This document shows, in pieces, positions 28,531 to 37,075 of a stretch of 64,000 nt of DNA (position 1 is the first letter of the stretch; each line of letters starts with the position of its first letter). The stretch is taken from NCBI GenBank assembly GCA_963727445.1, contig CAVSGI010000017.1, forward strand, positions 1 through 64,000, read 5' to 3'. The notes beneath the pieces are model-generated. The model made no database searches. It saw nothing but the letters and a program-made list of their open reading frames with translations, and had not been told where the DNA came from. This stretch comes from an uncultured delta proteobacterium (GTDB taxonomy: Bacteria > Myxococcota_A > Polyangia > Polyangiales > B10-G4). Both the position numbers and the translations under genes were made by a program.

Positions 28531-29637
28531 ATGTCCTTTGGCGAGAAGCTCAAGGAGCTAGCGCAGCGCGTGCCGCAGTTCGTCGATCGGCTCAAGACCG
28601 AGGAGGCGACGAAGAACGCCCTGGTGATGCCTTTCATCCAGGCGCTCGGCTACGACGTGTTCAACCCGGACGAAGTAGAACCGGAGCTGACTGCCGACGT
28701 GGGCGTCAAGAAGGGCGAAAAGGTCGACTACGCCATCAAGCACAACGGCGAGATCATCATCTTGATCGAAGCCAAGACGATGGACGTGAACCTCGGCCAG
28801 GTCCACACGAGCCAGCTCTACCGATACTTCTCGGTCACGAACGCGCGCATCGCGATCCTCACCAATGGCGTGGAGTATCGGTTCTTCTCGGATCTCGACG
28901 CGCCGAACAAGATGGACGACAAGCCGTTCCTCACGATCGACCTCCAGAACCTCCGTGAAGACCGCGTCGCCCAGCTCAAGAAGCTCACCAAAGAGGGCTT
29001 CGATCTCGATGACATCCTCAGCGTCGCGAACGACCTCAAGTACATGGCCGAGATCCGCAGGATCGTCGACAGGCAGCTCGTCGAGCCCGACGAGGAGTTC
29101 GTCCGATTCTTCTTCACGCATGCAGCGCCCGGGCGGAAGTTCGTGCAGTCGGCGCGCGACCAGTTCACGCCGCTCATCAAACGAGTGCTCGACCAGGTCA
29201 TCAACGACAAGGTCAGCGAGAGGCTGCGAAGCGCTCTCGAACGCACGGAGACCTCATCGGACGCTCCCGAACCCGAAGGCGCTGGTGGAGAGGCGGAACC
29301 ACAGGAGCTCGCTGTCGAGGGCCACGCCGACGATGGCATCGAGACCACCGAGGAGGAGCTCCTCGGCTATCGCATCGTCAAGGCCATCGCGTGCAGCGTT
29401 CTCGATGCATCGCGCATCACCTACCGGGATACCAAGAGCTACTTCGGCGTCCTCTGCGACGACAACAACCGCAAGCCAATCTGCCGCCTGCACTTGAACC
29501 GTTCGAACAAGCACATCGGCCTGCTCGACGAAGAGAAGAACGAATCACGGCATCTCTTGGAGAACGGCCCGGAGAGCATCTACGACTTCGCGGACCAGAT
29601 TCGCGAGGCGGCAACGCGATACGTCGAACAGAGCTGA
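28531..29637 (+). CDS. Standalone type I restriction enzyme HsdR N-terminal-domain (PD-(D/E)xK) nuclease
   Basis: TEEATKNALVMPFIQALGYDVFNP.EV.PE..ADVG.KKGEKVDYAI...IEAK...QL.RYF...ILTNG; AGGAGGT RBS. Confidence 0.9.
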   Translation: MSFGEKLKELAQRVPQFVDRLKTEEATKNALVMPFIQALGYDVFNPDEVEPELTADVGVKKGEKVDYAIKHNGEIIILIEAKTMDVNLGQVHTSQLYRYFSVTNARIAILTNGVEYRFFSDLDAPNKMDDKPFLTIDLQNLREDRVAQLKKLTKEGFDLDDILSVANDLKYMAEIRRIVDRQLVEPDEEFVRFFFTHAAPGRKFVQSARDQFTPLIKRVLDQVINDKVSERLRSALERTETSSDAPEPEGAGGEAEPQELAVEGHADDGIETTEEELLGYRIVKAIACSVLDASRITYRDTKSYFGVLCDDNNRKPICRLHLNRSNKHIGLLDEEKNESRHLLENGPESIYDFADQIREAATRYVEQS

Positions 29638-29693
29638 GTCAGTCGGACGGTCCGGTCACGAACCAACGCTCTTTTGACGTAGACTCTGCCGCC

Positions 29694-30182
29694 ATGAGGA
29701 TCACCGCGCTCGCCATCGTCTGCCTGTCGTCCCTCCTCGCCGCCTGCGGCGGGGGCACCGCGTCCACGGTTCCCGAAGACTGTGAGATCCGCGTCGACGG
29801 CGAGTGCTACTCGAGCGAAGCGGAGGCTTGCGACGCGGCGGGGTGCCCGCCCGAGCGATGCCTCATCCTCGAGTCGTATCCCGGACAGGTGGACTGCCAG
29901 GACGCGCCGCCGCCGCCAGACGACGGGACCGGCGACGACCCCGTGTCCAGCGACGACCCGGCCCCCGTCCCCGAAGGCGGCGAGTGCAGCGCACCCGGCC
30001 AATGTGCAGAGGGGCTCTTCTGTGCGGGCGAAGAGGGCTGCGACGCGACGTGGACCTGCCAGCCGATGCGGCCCTGCACGCGCGACCTCGTGATGTACTG
30101 TGGTTGCGACGGCGAGACGTTCGAGGGAAGCGGGACCTGCCCGAGCCGGCCGTACGCGCATCGCGGCGCTTGCGCGCAGTGA
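29694..30182 (+). CDS. Cys-rich lipoprotein with Kazal-like C-terminus
   Basis: Lipobox LAAC; PCTRDLVMYCGCDGETF...HRGAC. Confidence 0.8.
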   Translation: MRITALAIVCLSSLLAACGGGTASTVPEDCEIRVDGECYSSEAEACDAAGCPPERCLILESYPGQVDCQDAPPPPDDGTGDDPVSSDDPAPVPEGGECSAPGQCAEGLFCAGEEGCDATWTCQPMRPCTRDLVMYCGCDGETFEGSGTCPSRPYAHRGACAQ

Positions 30183-30446
30183 GCAGCCGCGTCGCAGCTC
30201 ACGATGGGTCGTATCGCTGCATGATACCAGCCGTCGTGAAGTAGCCCAGGACGTAGACGCAGCCGAACGTATAGCTGGCGACCGCCCCCGTCGCTCCGAG
30301 CATCTCCCGGATTCCCCACCGCAAAATTCCCATCGTTTCCCCCTCCGGCGCGCAAGTGTGCGCCGTCGTGGGCGGTCCTCTAGCTCCGCTCCGCGAGGGT
30401 CAAGGCTCCCGATGCGAGGACTGTCGCCCGCGGACCGACGCGCGCG

Positions 30447-31331
30447 TCAGCGCCCGCCCGAATTGATCAACACCGACGGCTGCGGCGCGGTGATGATCAT
30501 GTTCCCTCGCGCGCCCGCGTGCTCGTAGATCTCGGGCATCTTGGACTGCAGGTCGTATTGCATGTAGTCCGGGTTCCGCCTGAGGGCCGCGCCGATGGCA
30601 TCGATGCGTGCCGCGTCGGCTTCACCTTCGCGTTGCATGAGCTCTCTGCGCGTGACGGCGGTCGCGATCTCGGCCTGGACGCGCTCGCGTTCGGCGACGG
30701 CTTTGTCGCGCAGGATGGTCTGCACGGCGCGTTCCTCGTTCGCCGTATCCATCGTCGCAGGGAAGTCCAGGTTGGAGAGGCTGACCTCGTAGACCTGGAT
30801 GATCTCGCCCTCGTGGGCATCGACTTCTTCCATGAAGCGCTGCCGAATGTCGGCGAGGATCTCTTGATGTAGATTGTTGATCTCGTTGGCTCGATGGGGG
30901 GAGATCACTTCGCGGACGACCCCGGCGATCGCGGGACGCACGTATGTCTCGAAGAGCTGCTGGGTCGTGATCGTGTGGTCCTCGGCGGGCGAGAGGCTCG
31001 CCATGATGTCGGTCACCGACTGGTCGGAGCAGTTCGCGGAAAAGCGCACGTAGATGTCGATACCGAATTGCACGCCGTCCTGGGTCAGGACGGTGAGCGG
31101 ATCGTGTGCCGTCACGGTGGAGCAGTCCACCAGCATGATCTCGTTGTACGTGCCCGTCCGATACGTACCCGGTTCGAGCACGGGCCCCGTGAACCCTTCG
31201 CCGCCGATGTAAAACGCGAGGGGGCCCGTGCGATTGAAGAGCCGACCGCGGTGGGCCTGCGGAACATCCATCGTGGCGCAGCCGGAACCCACCGCCACCA
31301 GCAACGTAAAGACCGTCCAACGTAGCATCAT
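30447..31331 (-). CDS. SPFH/band 7 domain protein
   Basis: GPVLEPGTY, LTVLTQDG..FGIDIYVRF, VRPAIAGVVREVIS, LSNLDFP, C-terminal coiled coil; possible lipobox GSGC. Confidence 0.88.
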   Translation of the reverse strand: MMLRWTVFTLLVAVGSGCATMDVPQAHRGRLFNRTGPLAFYIGGEGFTGPVLEPGTYRTGTYNEIMLVDCSTVTAHDPLTVLTQDGVQFGIDIYVRFSANCSDQSVTDIMASLSPAEDHTITTQQLFETYVRPAIAGVVREVISPHRANEINNLHQEILADIRQRFMEEVDAHEGEIIQVYEVSLSNLDFPATMDTANEERAVQTILRDKAVAERERVQAEIATAVTRRELMQREGEADAARIDAIGAALRRNPDYMQYDLQSKMPEIYEHAGARGNMIITAPQPSVLINSGGR

Positions 31332-31745
31332 CGCGTGCCTCACTTTCTTGCGGAGTCGTCGTTTCGCAGAAACGTCGAGCGCAGAAGACGCGGGTGCACG
31401 GAGGCGACGAGGGAAGCCGCCCCGTCGTCCAAGTCCCCCGCGCCCTCACACGGCTGGTCGCTGGAGAGTTGCGCTCCGTTTCCACATAGAAACGCGACAC
31501 CGCCCCGCAATGGCCGGCCTCTCTCGTGTGGGTCATCGACGCGGCTAGGCTCGGGTCGGGATGTCTCGAGGACCCCGCGCTCGAGGCATCTGCGTCCCAG
31601 CATCGCTCGAGCGGCGAAAGCCATGCGTGAGAGCCGCATGCGCGTGCGAAACTTGCGTCCCGCCCGAACGCCCTGGTCGCGGCGGAATGCCACAACTGTG
31701 CTGATTTGGGGCACTTCCCAGTGGGTCTTTTCGGCTCTTCGCGCT

Positions 31746-31761
31746 GGGCACGATCCTTGAT
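31746..31761 (+). promoter_or_regulatory. Possible variant sigma54 promoter
   Basis: GGGCACGATCCTTGAT: good -24 box but -12 is TTGA rather than TTGC. Confidence 0.3.
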
Positions 31762-32056
31762 GAATGCCCGCCTCATGACGATCGACGGCGCCATCGATGC
31801 AAGCAAGGAAGAGCTTCAGAAAGCGGTCCACCACACGGCTGCCTTTGCGGATTCACTCCGGGCAGAGTTACCCAGCCTATCGGACTGGACGCTACTGTTC
31901 TCGTCGTCTGGGACTCGCTCCTGGGTGCGACTGGGCGTCTGCTGGGGAGCCGTCAAGCTCCACGTCGATCAGGAAGGCGCGACCCCCTTCGATGCCGTGG
32001 CCCGGGCGTGCGCCTCTCTCGCGATTCTCCTCGAGATCCCGAACGCGGGTCTCTGA
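31760..32056 (+). CDS. Small protein with HPF/RaiA-like secondary-structure pattern
   Basis: Apparent beta-alpha-beta-beta-beta-alpha order ending EGATPFDAVARAC; first gene before the DCC gene; start may be 31775. Confidence 0.55.
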   Translation: MNARLMTIDGAIDASKEELQKAVHHTAAFADSLRAELPSLSDWTLLFSSSGTRSWVRLGVCWGAVKLHVDQEGATPFDAVARACASLAILLEIPNAGL

Positions 32057-32057
32057 C

Positions 32058-32435
32058 ATGGGTCGCGGCGCCCCCGTTCCGATCTTCTGGTTCGACGGAC
32101 AGTGCGGGTTCTGCACGCGCTGGGCGGATTGGCTGAAGGCCAGGAGCGACGTCGTCGTCCGTCCGTGGCAGGCCGGCGGCTTCGGCCATAACGGGCTCCG
32201 AGAAGAGCAGGTAGAGGACGCGGCGTACTGGGTCGCGCCGGACGGCACGACGCGCGGGGGTCACCTGGCGATCGCCTGGGCGCTCAGGTCCTGCGGCGGC
32301 TTCTTGGGGTGGCTCGGACGTCTCATGAGCTGGGGACCGTTTCGCTGGCTCTCGCGTCATGGGTATCGGTGGGTGGCTCGGCACCGGGGCTCGCTTCCGG
32401 GCAAGACGCCGGCATGCGCGACCGGCCGCTGTTGA
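32058..32435 (+). CDS. DCC-family thiol-disulfide oxidoreductase
   Basis: FWFDGQCGFCTRW (DxxCxxC), GGHLAI, YRWVARHR. Confidence 0.9.
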   Translation: MGRGAPVPIFWFDGQCGFCTRWADWLKARSDVVVRPWQAGGFGHNGLREEQVEDAAYWVAPDGTTRGGHLAIAWALRSCGGFLGWLGRLMSWGPFRWLSRHGYRWVARHRGSLPGKTPACATGRC

Positions 32436-32578
32436 TTCGGCTCCGTCAGGGGTCGGCTTCGATGTCGCGCTCGTCCCCGCTGGCTTCTTCCGATACGCCG
32501 ATTCGCTCCTCGAACCGCGTCATCCACGCTCTTGATCCTCTCGCTGTTGGAATTAGCGGAGTGCGCGAAAGGACAATC

Positions 32579-32905
32579 ATGCAGACGATCGATCGAAGAG
32601 AGCTTCAACAGAAGATGAGAGAGAACCCGCGCCTGCCCGTGGTGGAGGTGCTCCAACCTCCCGAGTTCGAGAAGTACCATCTCCCGAACGCGATCAACGT
32701 TCCGCTGGGGAAGGACTTCGACGACCGCATCCAGCGTGCAGTCCCCGACAAGTCGACCCCGGTCGTGGTGTACTGCGCCGACCTGGAATGTGACGCCTCC
32801 CCGACCGCGGCCAAGAAGATGGAGCGCCTCGGGTACGAACGCGTCTTCGACTACGCGGATGGCAAGGCCGACTGGAAAGAGAACGTCTCGGCGTCGGCGA
32901 GCTGA
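32579..32905 (+). CDS. Rhodanese-like domain protein
   Basis: HLPNAINVP, VVVYCADLECDAS, GYERVFDYADGKADW; AAGGA RBS. Confidence 0.92.
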   Translation: MQTIDRRELQQKMRENPRLPVVEVLQPPEFEKYHLPNAINVPLGKDFDDRIQRAVPDKSTPVVVYCADLECDASPTAAKKMERLGYERVFDYADGKADWKENVSASAS

Positions 32906-32950
32906 ATCCACCGGCGCCTTTCGACAGGCGCTTCGTGCGTCATCACGCTG

Positions 32951-33964
32951 TCACTGGCCGTGATTTCCGGGAGACACGAGCGTCTCTCTGCGTACGCGCC
33001 ACCGACCGGCAGGCCCTCCGAGGCGGGCGACTTCGTAGGAGCGGATGGCGACGCTGTCACAGCCCACGGCTGCGCGTTCGAGAGCGATGAAGACCGTGAC
33101 GGTCCCCGGCTCGTTCGACGCGAGCTCCGAAGTACGGGCGTTGGTCGAGTCGGTGCGGAGACAGCCGTCGTCGCGGCCGTCGATGCCTCGCCAGCACATC
33201 TGGTAAACCCAATCGACAGCGACGCCCGACGGAAGGTCTTCGCCCTCGTCGAGCGCCTGCGCCTCATCACCCGCTGCCGCGAAGCGCGCCTCGATGCCCT
33301 CTTCATCCAGCCACGCCGCGCCGCCCAAGCCGGAGACCCAACACGTGCGATCCGCCTGATGAAGGCGCACGGGTGTGGTGAGCGCGAGGTCCGCGCGATA
33401 TCTCGCCACGGCCAGCACGGCGCCCGGCAAGTCCGGATCGTCCTGGGGGCACTGTTGCGCGTCCCGTGCGATCCCGGTGAGCGCGCGCATCTGGCGACGA
33501 AGCGCACCGAGGGCCCCGGGCGCGGCCGCGTCCCAGGCGAGCTCGTCCCGGATGCGTCGAAGCTCGGCGAACCGGGTGGCGGCCTCCGTGCACGCTGGCG
33601 ACCGCTCGACGGTCCCTTCCACTGCCGCGAGATCGCCGATCACGTCAGCGCCGTCATCCGGTGGCGCATCGGTCTCGGCCGACGGAGCTGCCTCGGACTC
33701 GACAGGGGCAGCGCCAGCCTCGGTCGGCGGCGCATCCAGATCCAGCAGCCGGCAACGTCCGCTCCGGAACTGCTCCAACCAACCGTCGCTCTCGAGGCTC
33801 GCCAAGGTCTCGATGGCGCGTTCGACTCGGGGATCGGTGCCCGCGCTCGGACCGGCCGCGGCTTCTTCGCTCAGCGCAGGCGGCGGGCCATCGCCAGCGC
33901 GACTCGCGCCGCAGCCACCCAAGGTAGACCACCCGACGAAGACCATGAGCCATGCCTCGAGCAT
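32951..33964 (-). CDS. Hypothetical lipoprotein
   Basis: MLEAWLMVFVGWSTLGGC lipobox; coding-like 3' part of ORF 32951-34822. Confidence 0.7.
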   Translation of the reverse strand: MLEAWLMVFVGWSTLGGCGASRAGDGPPPALSEEAAAGPSAGTDPRVERAIETLASLESDGWLEQFRSGRCRLLDLDAPPTEAGAAPVESEAAPSAETDAPPDDGADVIGDLAAVEGTVERSPACTEAATRFAELRRIRDELAWDAAAPGALGALRRQMRALTGIARDAQQCPQDDPDLPGAVLAVARYRADLALTTPVRLHQADRTCWVSGLGGAAWLDEEGIEARFAAAGDEAQALDEGEDLPSGVAVDWVYQMCWRGIDGRDDGCLRTDSTNARTSELASNEPGTVTVFIALERAAVGCDSVAIRSYEVARLGGPAGRWRVRRETLVSPGNHGQ

Positions 33965-34099
33965 CGTGGCACGACGGTAGCACCTGCCGGCCGGAGCGAC
34001 CGCGGGCATGCGCCCACCTGAGACGGATCGCCTGGGGCAAAACGCTCCGCCCATGCGGATGTGGTGACCGAAAGTCGCGGGTTTGGCCCCAGCCGCGGC

Positions 34100-34115
34100 C
34101 GGCACGCTTCTGGCT
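34100..34115 (+). promoter_or_regulatory. Possible sigma54 promoter
   Basis: CGGCACGCTTCTGGCT = GG-N10-GC just upstream of ATG 34129. Confidence 0.4.
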
Positions 34116-34128
34116 CTGATCGAGGCGC

Positions 34129-34923
34129 ATGGGCAGCTACACCGTGTTGACGACGCTGGGGACGAAGCGCTGGCAGACCCGTGCATACAAGCGTCGAGAG
34201 CTCGCGCCACACACGGACGACGTACCGATCGAGGAGACGCGCTTCTCGTGCCCCGAGTGTCGGCAGTATTTCCCCTACGAGGGAAGCTGCGACCGGTGCG
34301 AGCGTCCGCTGGTGGATCGCACGGTCGCCCTCCCCGCGTCGCCGGCGGTCCGCCGGCCGCGGTGGATGGTCTCCGGCTCACCCGAAATGGTTCTGCTCGG
34401 GATGAGCGCGCTCCTCGGTCCGGCCGTCTTCTTCGGCGCGGCCTGGGATCCTGGGGTGATGTACCCGATAGGGGGCGCGTTCGCGGTGGTGTTGTCGTTG
34501 CTCGCGGTCGGCAGCATCGCGAGCACGACGCTGGACCGGCGGGATCGCCGACGGGACCGCGAGCGAGCCCGTGCGCGTGCGCTCGCGCAACCGTGCATCC
34601 CCACCTCCCAGCTGTCGTCGGCCGACGCGCCCGAGCTCGTCCGTGTCGCGGGCCGCCTTCGCTTCGACGTCGACAGGACGACCGTCCGCGTCCGCGTATG
34701 CGACGAGTCGGGGAGCGCGCTTCTCCCGGATCATCCCCTGGTCCAGGCATACCGCGCTGGCGGAACCCACGAGGAGCTCGACTCGATTCGCGATGGCGAC
34801 GAGGTGGAGATCCTCGCCGCATGCCATCGGGTCACCGAGGCGGGAGACGGCTACCGACAGGCCAAGTCCCACCTCGAGATCAGCGCGGAGACGCCGATGC
34901 TCGTGTGGGTGCGAAACCGCTGA
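34129..34923 (+). CDS. Membrane protein with N-terminal zinc ribbon
   Basis: CPEC...CDRC followed by two TM helices and a beta-rich soluble domain. Confidence 0.75.
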   Translation: MGSYTVLTTLGTKRWQTRAYKRRELAPHTDDVPIEETRFSCPECRQYFPYEGSCDRCERPLVDRTVALPASPAVRRPRWMVSGSPEMVLLGMSALLGPAVFFGAAWDPGVMYPIGGAFAVVLSLLAVGSIASTTLDRRDRRRDRERARARALAQPCIPTSQLSSADAPELVRVAGRLRFDVDRTTVRVRVCDESGSALLPDHPLVQAYRAGGTHEELDSIRDGDEVEILAACHRVTEAGDGYRQAKSHLEISAETPMLVWVRNR

Positions 34924-34941
34924 CGGCGCGCGAGACGCTCA

Positions 34942-35511
34942 TCACCGCCGCGGTTCGAGCCGGAGACATCCGTCGTCGTCCTGATCGAGCCACGGCGCAC
35001 CGAGCGCGCCCGGCCCGTAGTAGACGGTGGCTGGTGCATCCGGGCGGCCGTCGAAGACATCGAAGACGCGCTTGCAGATGGGAACGTACTCGGGCTCTGG
35101 TTGACCCGGCAGCGGCGCGACCTGGGCGAAGCTGGTCGGCGTCTGCCCCGGCTGGCGGTGAATGTGCACCGACAGGACCGTGGTTTCGAAAGGCTCGGGG
35201 CGGCCGTCGGCAACGTAGTTCACGAAACCGAGGAGCGACATCAGGGGAATTGGCAACACGACGGCAAAGAGCAGCGCCAGCTTGGCCGCACGGATGCGCC
35301 CAGAGCGCGCGAGGGGAATGCTCAGAACGAAGAGCGCAAGTCCGATCGCGACGGAGTACCACACGAAGACGTCCGAAGCTTCGAGCGGATAGGCCGAGCT
35401 CAGGGACCAGAAACCCATGGCGAAGGACGCGATGAAGAAGATCGGGAGGACGATCACCAGCGCGCGCTTGGTGCCAATGCTCAAGTTCGTCTTTGCGGGC
35501 CCCTTCGTCAT
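34942..35511 (-). CDS. 3-TM membrane protein
   Basis: Three hydrophobic helices then soluble domain with GPGALGAPW. Confidence 0.75.
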   Translation of the reverse strand: MTKGPAKTNLSIGTKRALVIVLPIFFIASFAMGFWSLSSAYPLEASDVFVWYSVAIGLALFVLSIPLARSGRIRAAKLALLFAVVLPIPLMSLLGFVNYVADGRPEPFETTVLSVHIHRQPGQTPTSFAQVAPLPGQPEPEYVPICKRVFDVFDGRPDAPATVYYGPGALGAPWLDQDDDGCLRLEPRR

Positions 35512-35518
35512 GTCGCCC

Positions 35519-36637
35519 TCACGCGTCGACGCGGCAGCCGATGCGTTCGGTAGCGATGACGATGTCGTCGTAGAAGACGGCCTGCTCCTCGGACTTCATG
35601 GGCGTGTCGTCGCGGTTGTCGTTCAAGGTGCCCCACTCCTGGTAGATCTCGAAGGTGACGCGCACCTGGTTGACGTCGGCGCTGGTGCGGAAGTCGTAGC
35701 CTTCGAAGGGGGTGCTGGGGTCGGTGCCAAACTCGCCCATCGTGTAGAAGTTGTCGCGGAGCCATTCGCCGAGGGGCGTCCCCATCTCGAATGCCCCGAC
35801 GAGGTCGTCCTCGATCCAGAGCGCCTGCGCCCCGTCATACTCGCCTGGGGTGTTCGCGCGGACGCGGTACTCGTAGCAAGCCCACGCGTAGCGGTCGACG
35901 ACGGTCTGATCTGCTGGCTTGAAGCGGTTGCCGTAGTAATAGGTCGTGCCTTGATCGCCATCGCAGCCAGGGACGGCGGTCCCGTCGTTGCATCGCCCCG
36001 AGCGCATCTCGTGCCAGTAGGTGTAGAAGAACTGCCGGCCCATGCCGTCGATGTCGATCGTGGTGTTGAAGCGCTGATCGCCGTCCGGACGGATGTCGGC
36101 CGTGCCTCCGGGATCCCCGCCCTCGACGTGAACCCGCGTGTTGTTTCCGTGGTGCGGGCGCGCGGTGCCGTCGGTGTAGCGCATGTAGTAACGGACGAAG
36201 TACTCGTCGCCGGCGGGCAGCGGAAAACGAACGTTGGCCTTCACCGACGCGTCCCCACGGCTCTCCAAACCGGTGAGGGTGAAGCTGAACTTCAGCGCTC
36301 CGTTGCCCGCGTGCGCCAGCGCTGGGTCGGTCGTCACCTCGTAGGTGTCGCCAGTGTAGGAGCCGAGCTCGAGGCCGGTGTCCGAGCTCTCCATGTCGGT
36401 CGCGAAGATGATCGCGGACTCGCTCGGATCCCACGCGTCGTTGGGATAGCGCTCACTGAGCGTCCCGCCCGGACCCACGCTGGTGTCGCCGGCCATCATC
36501 GCATCCGGCCGCGCATCGGCCATCGTCGCGCTGTCACGCGGCGCCGCGTCCGCGGAGGTCGCGTCGGGCGCCCCCTCGGTCGATCCATCACAGCCCGCGA
36601 GGAGCGCGAGCGCCAGCCACGTGTGTCGATGCCTCAT
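35519..36637 (-). CDS. Lipoprotein with concanavalin A/polysaccharide-lyase-like domain
   Basis: Lipobox LAGC; EYFVRYYMRY, WACYEYRVRANTPGEYDG..ALWI, VFYDDIVIATERIGC. Confidence 0.8.
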   Translation of the reverse strand: MRHRHTWLALALLAGCDGSTEGAPDATSADAAPRDSATMADARPDAMMAGDTSVGPGGTLSERYPNDAWDPSESAIIFATDMESSDTGLELGSYTGDTYEVTTDPALAHAGNGALKFSFTLTGLESRGDASVKANVRFPLPAGDEYFVRYYMRYTDGTARPHHGNNTRVHVEGGDPGGTADIRPDGDQRFNTTIDIDGMGRQFFYTYWHEMRSGRCNDGTAVPGCDGDQGTTYYYGNRFKPADQTVVDRYAWACYEYRVRANTPGEYDGAQALWIEDDLVGAFEMGTPLGEWLRDNFYTMGEFGTDPSTPFEGYDFRTSADVNQVRVTFEIYQEWGTLNDNRDDTPMKSEEQAVFYDDIVIATERIGCRVDA

Positions 36638-36657
36638 GCATCGAGGGTACCGCAGAC

Positions 36658-37023
36658 TCAGCCGTGGTGAGAGCCCGTGACCTCCCGCAGCCGCGTGCGG
36701 GTGTTCGACGGGAGTGCGTCGATCGCGTGCTCGCAGTCGGGTTGATGGTCGTAGGCGTAGCCGATGGAGAAGCAGCGGCGTACCTCGACGGGCAGTTGAT
36801 GGCAGAGCTCCATGAACTCGTGTCGATCGGGCGCGGGCGTCTCGCCCCCTGCCCACACGTCCATGGCGCGGCTCATCGCCACCATCTCGTCGAAGGTCTC
36901 ACCGCAGCTCGCCGGCGGGCTACGCTCCGCGCTCGATGCAGTCGCCTCGGTGCTCTCCGGCTCGCGAGAACAGCTCGCCACGCCGACCAAGAGCACCACC
37001 AGGATCATCGTGGTTCTCGTCAT
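36658..37023 (-). CDS. Small lipoprotein
   Basis: Lipobox VASC; four further Cys. Confidence 0.75.
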   Translation of the reverse strand: MTRTTMILVVLLVGVASCSREPESTEATASSAERSPPASCGETFDEMVAMSRAMDVWAGGETPAPDRHEFMELCHQLPVEVRRCFSIGYAYDHQPDCEHAIDALPSNTRTRLREVTGSHHG

Positions 37024-37075
37024 GCCGGTCCCGTAGTCACCGCCCCCCGGCGGTCAATCTCGGGCCAGCCGGGGC

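Noticed and set aside
30218..30333. UAS-like motifs (CCCGGATTCCCCAC, GCAAAATTCCCA) and a minus-strand GG-N10-GC box between convergent genes
   Set aside because: Spacing differs from the 56-62 kb sites, the -24 box is poor and there is no downstream gene; could be chance or a relic
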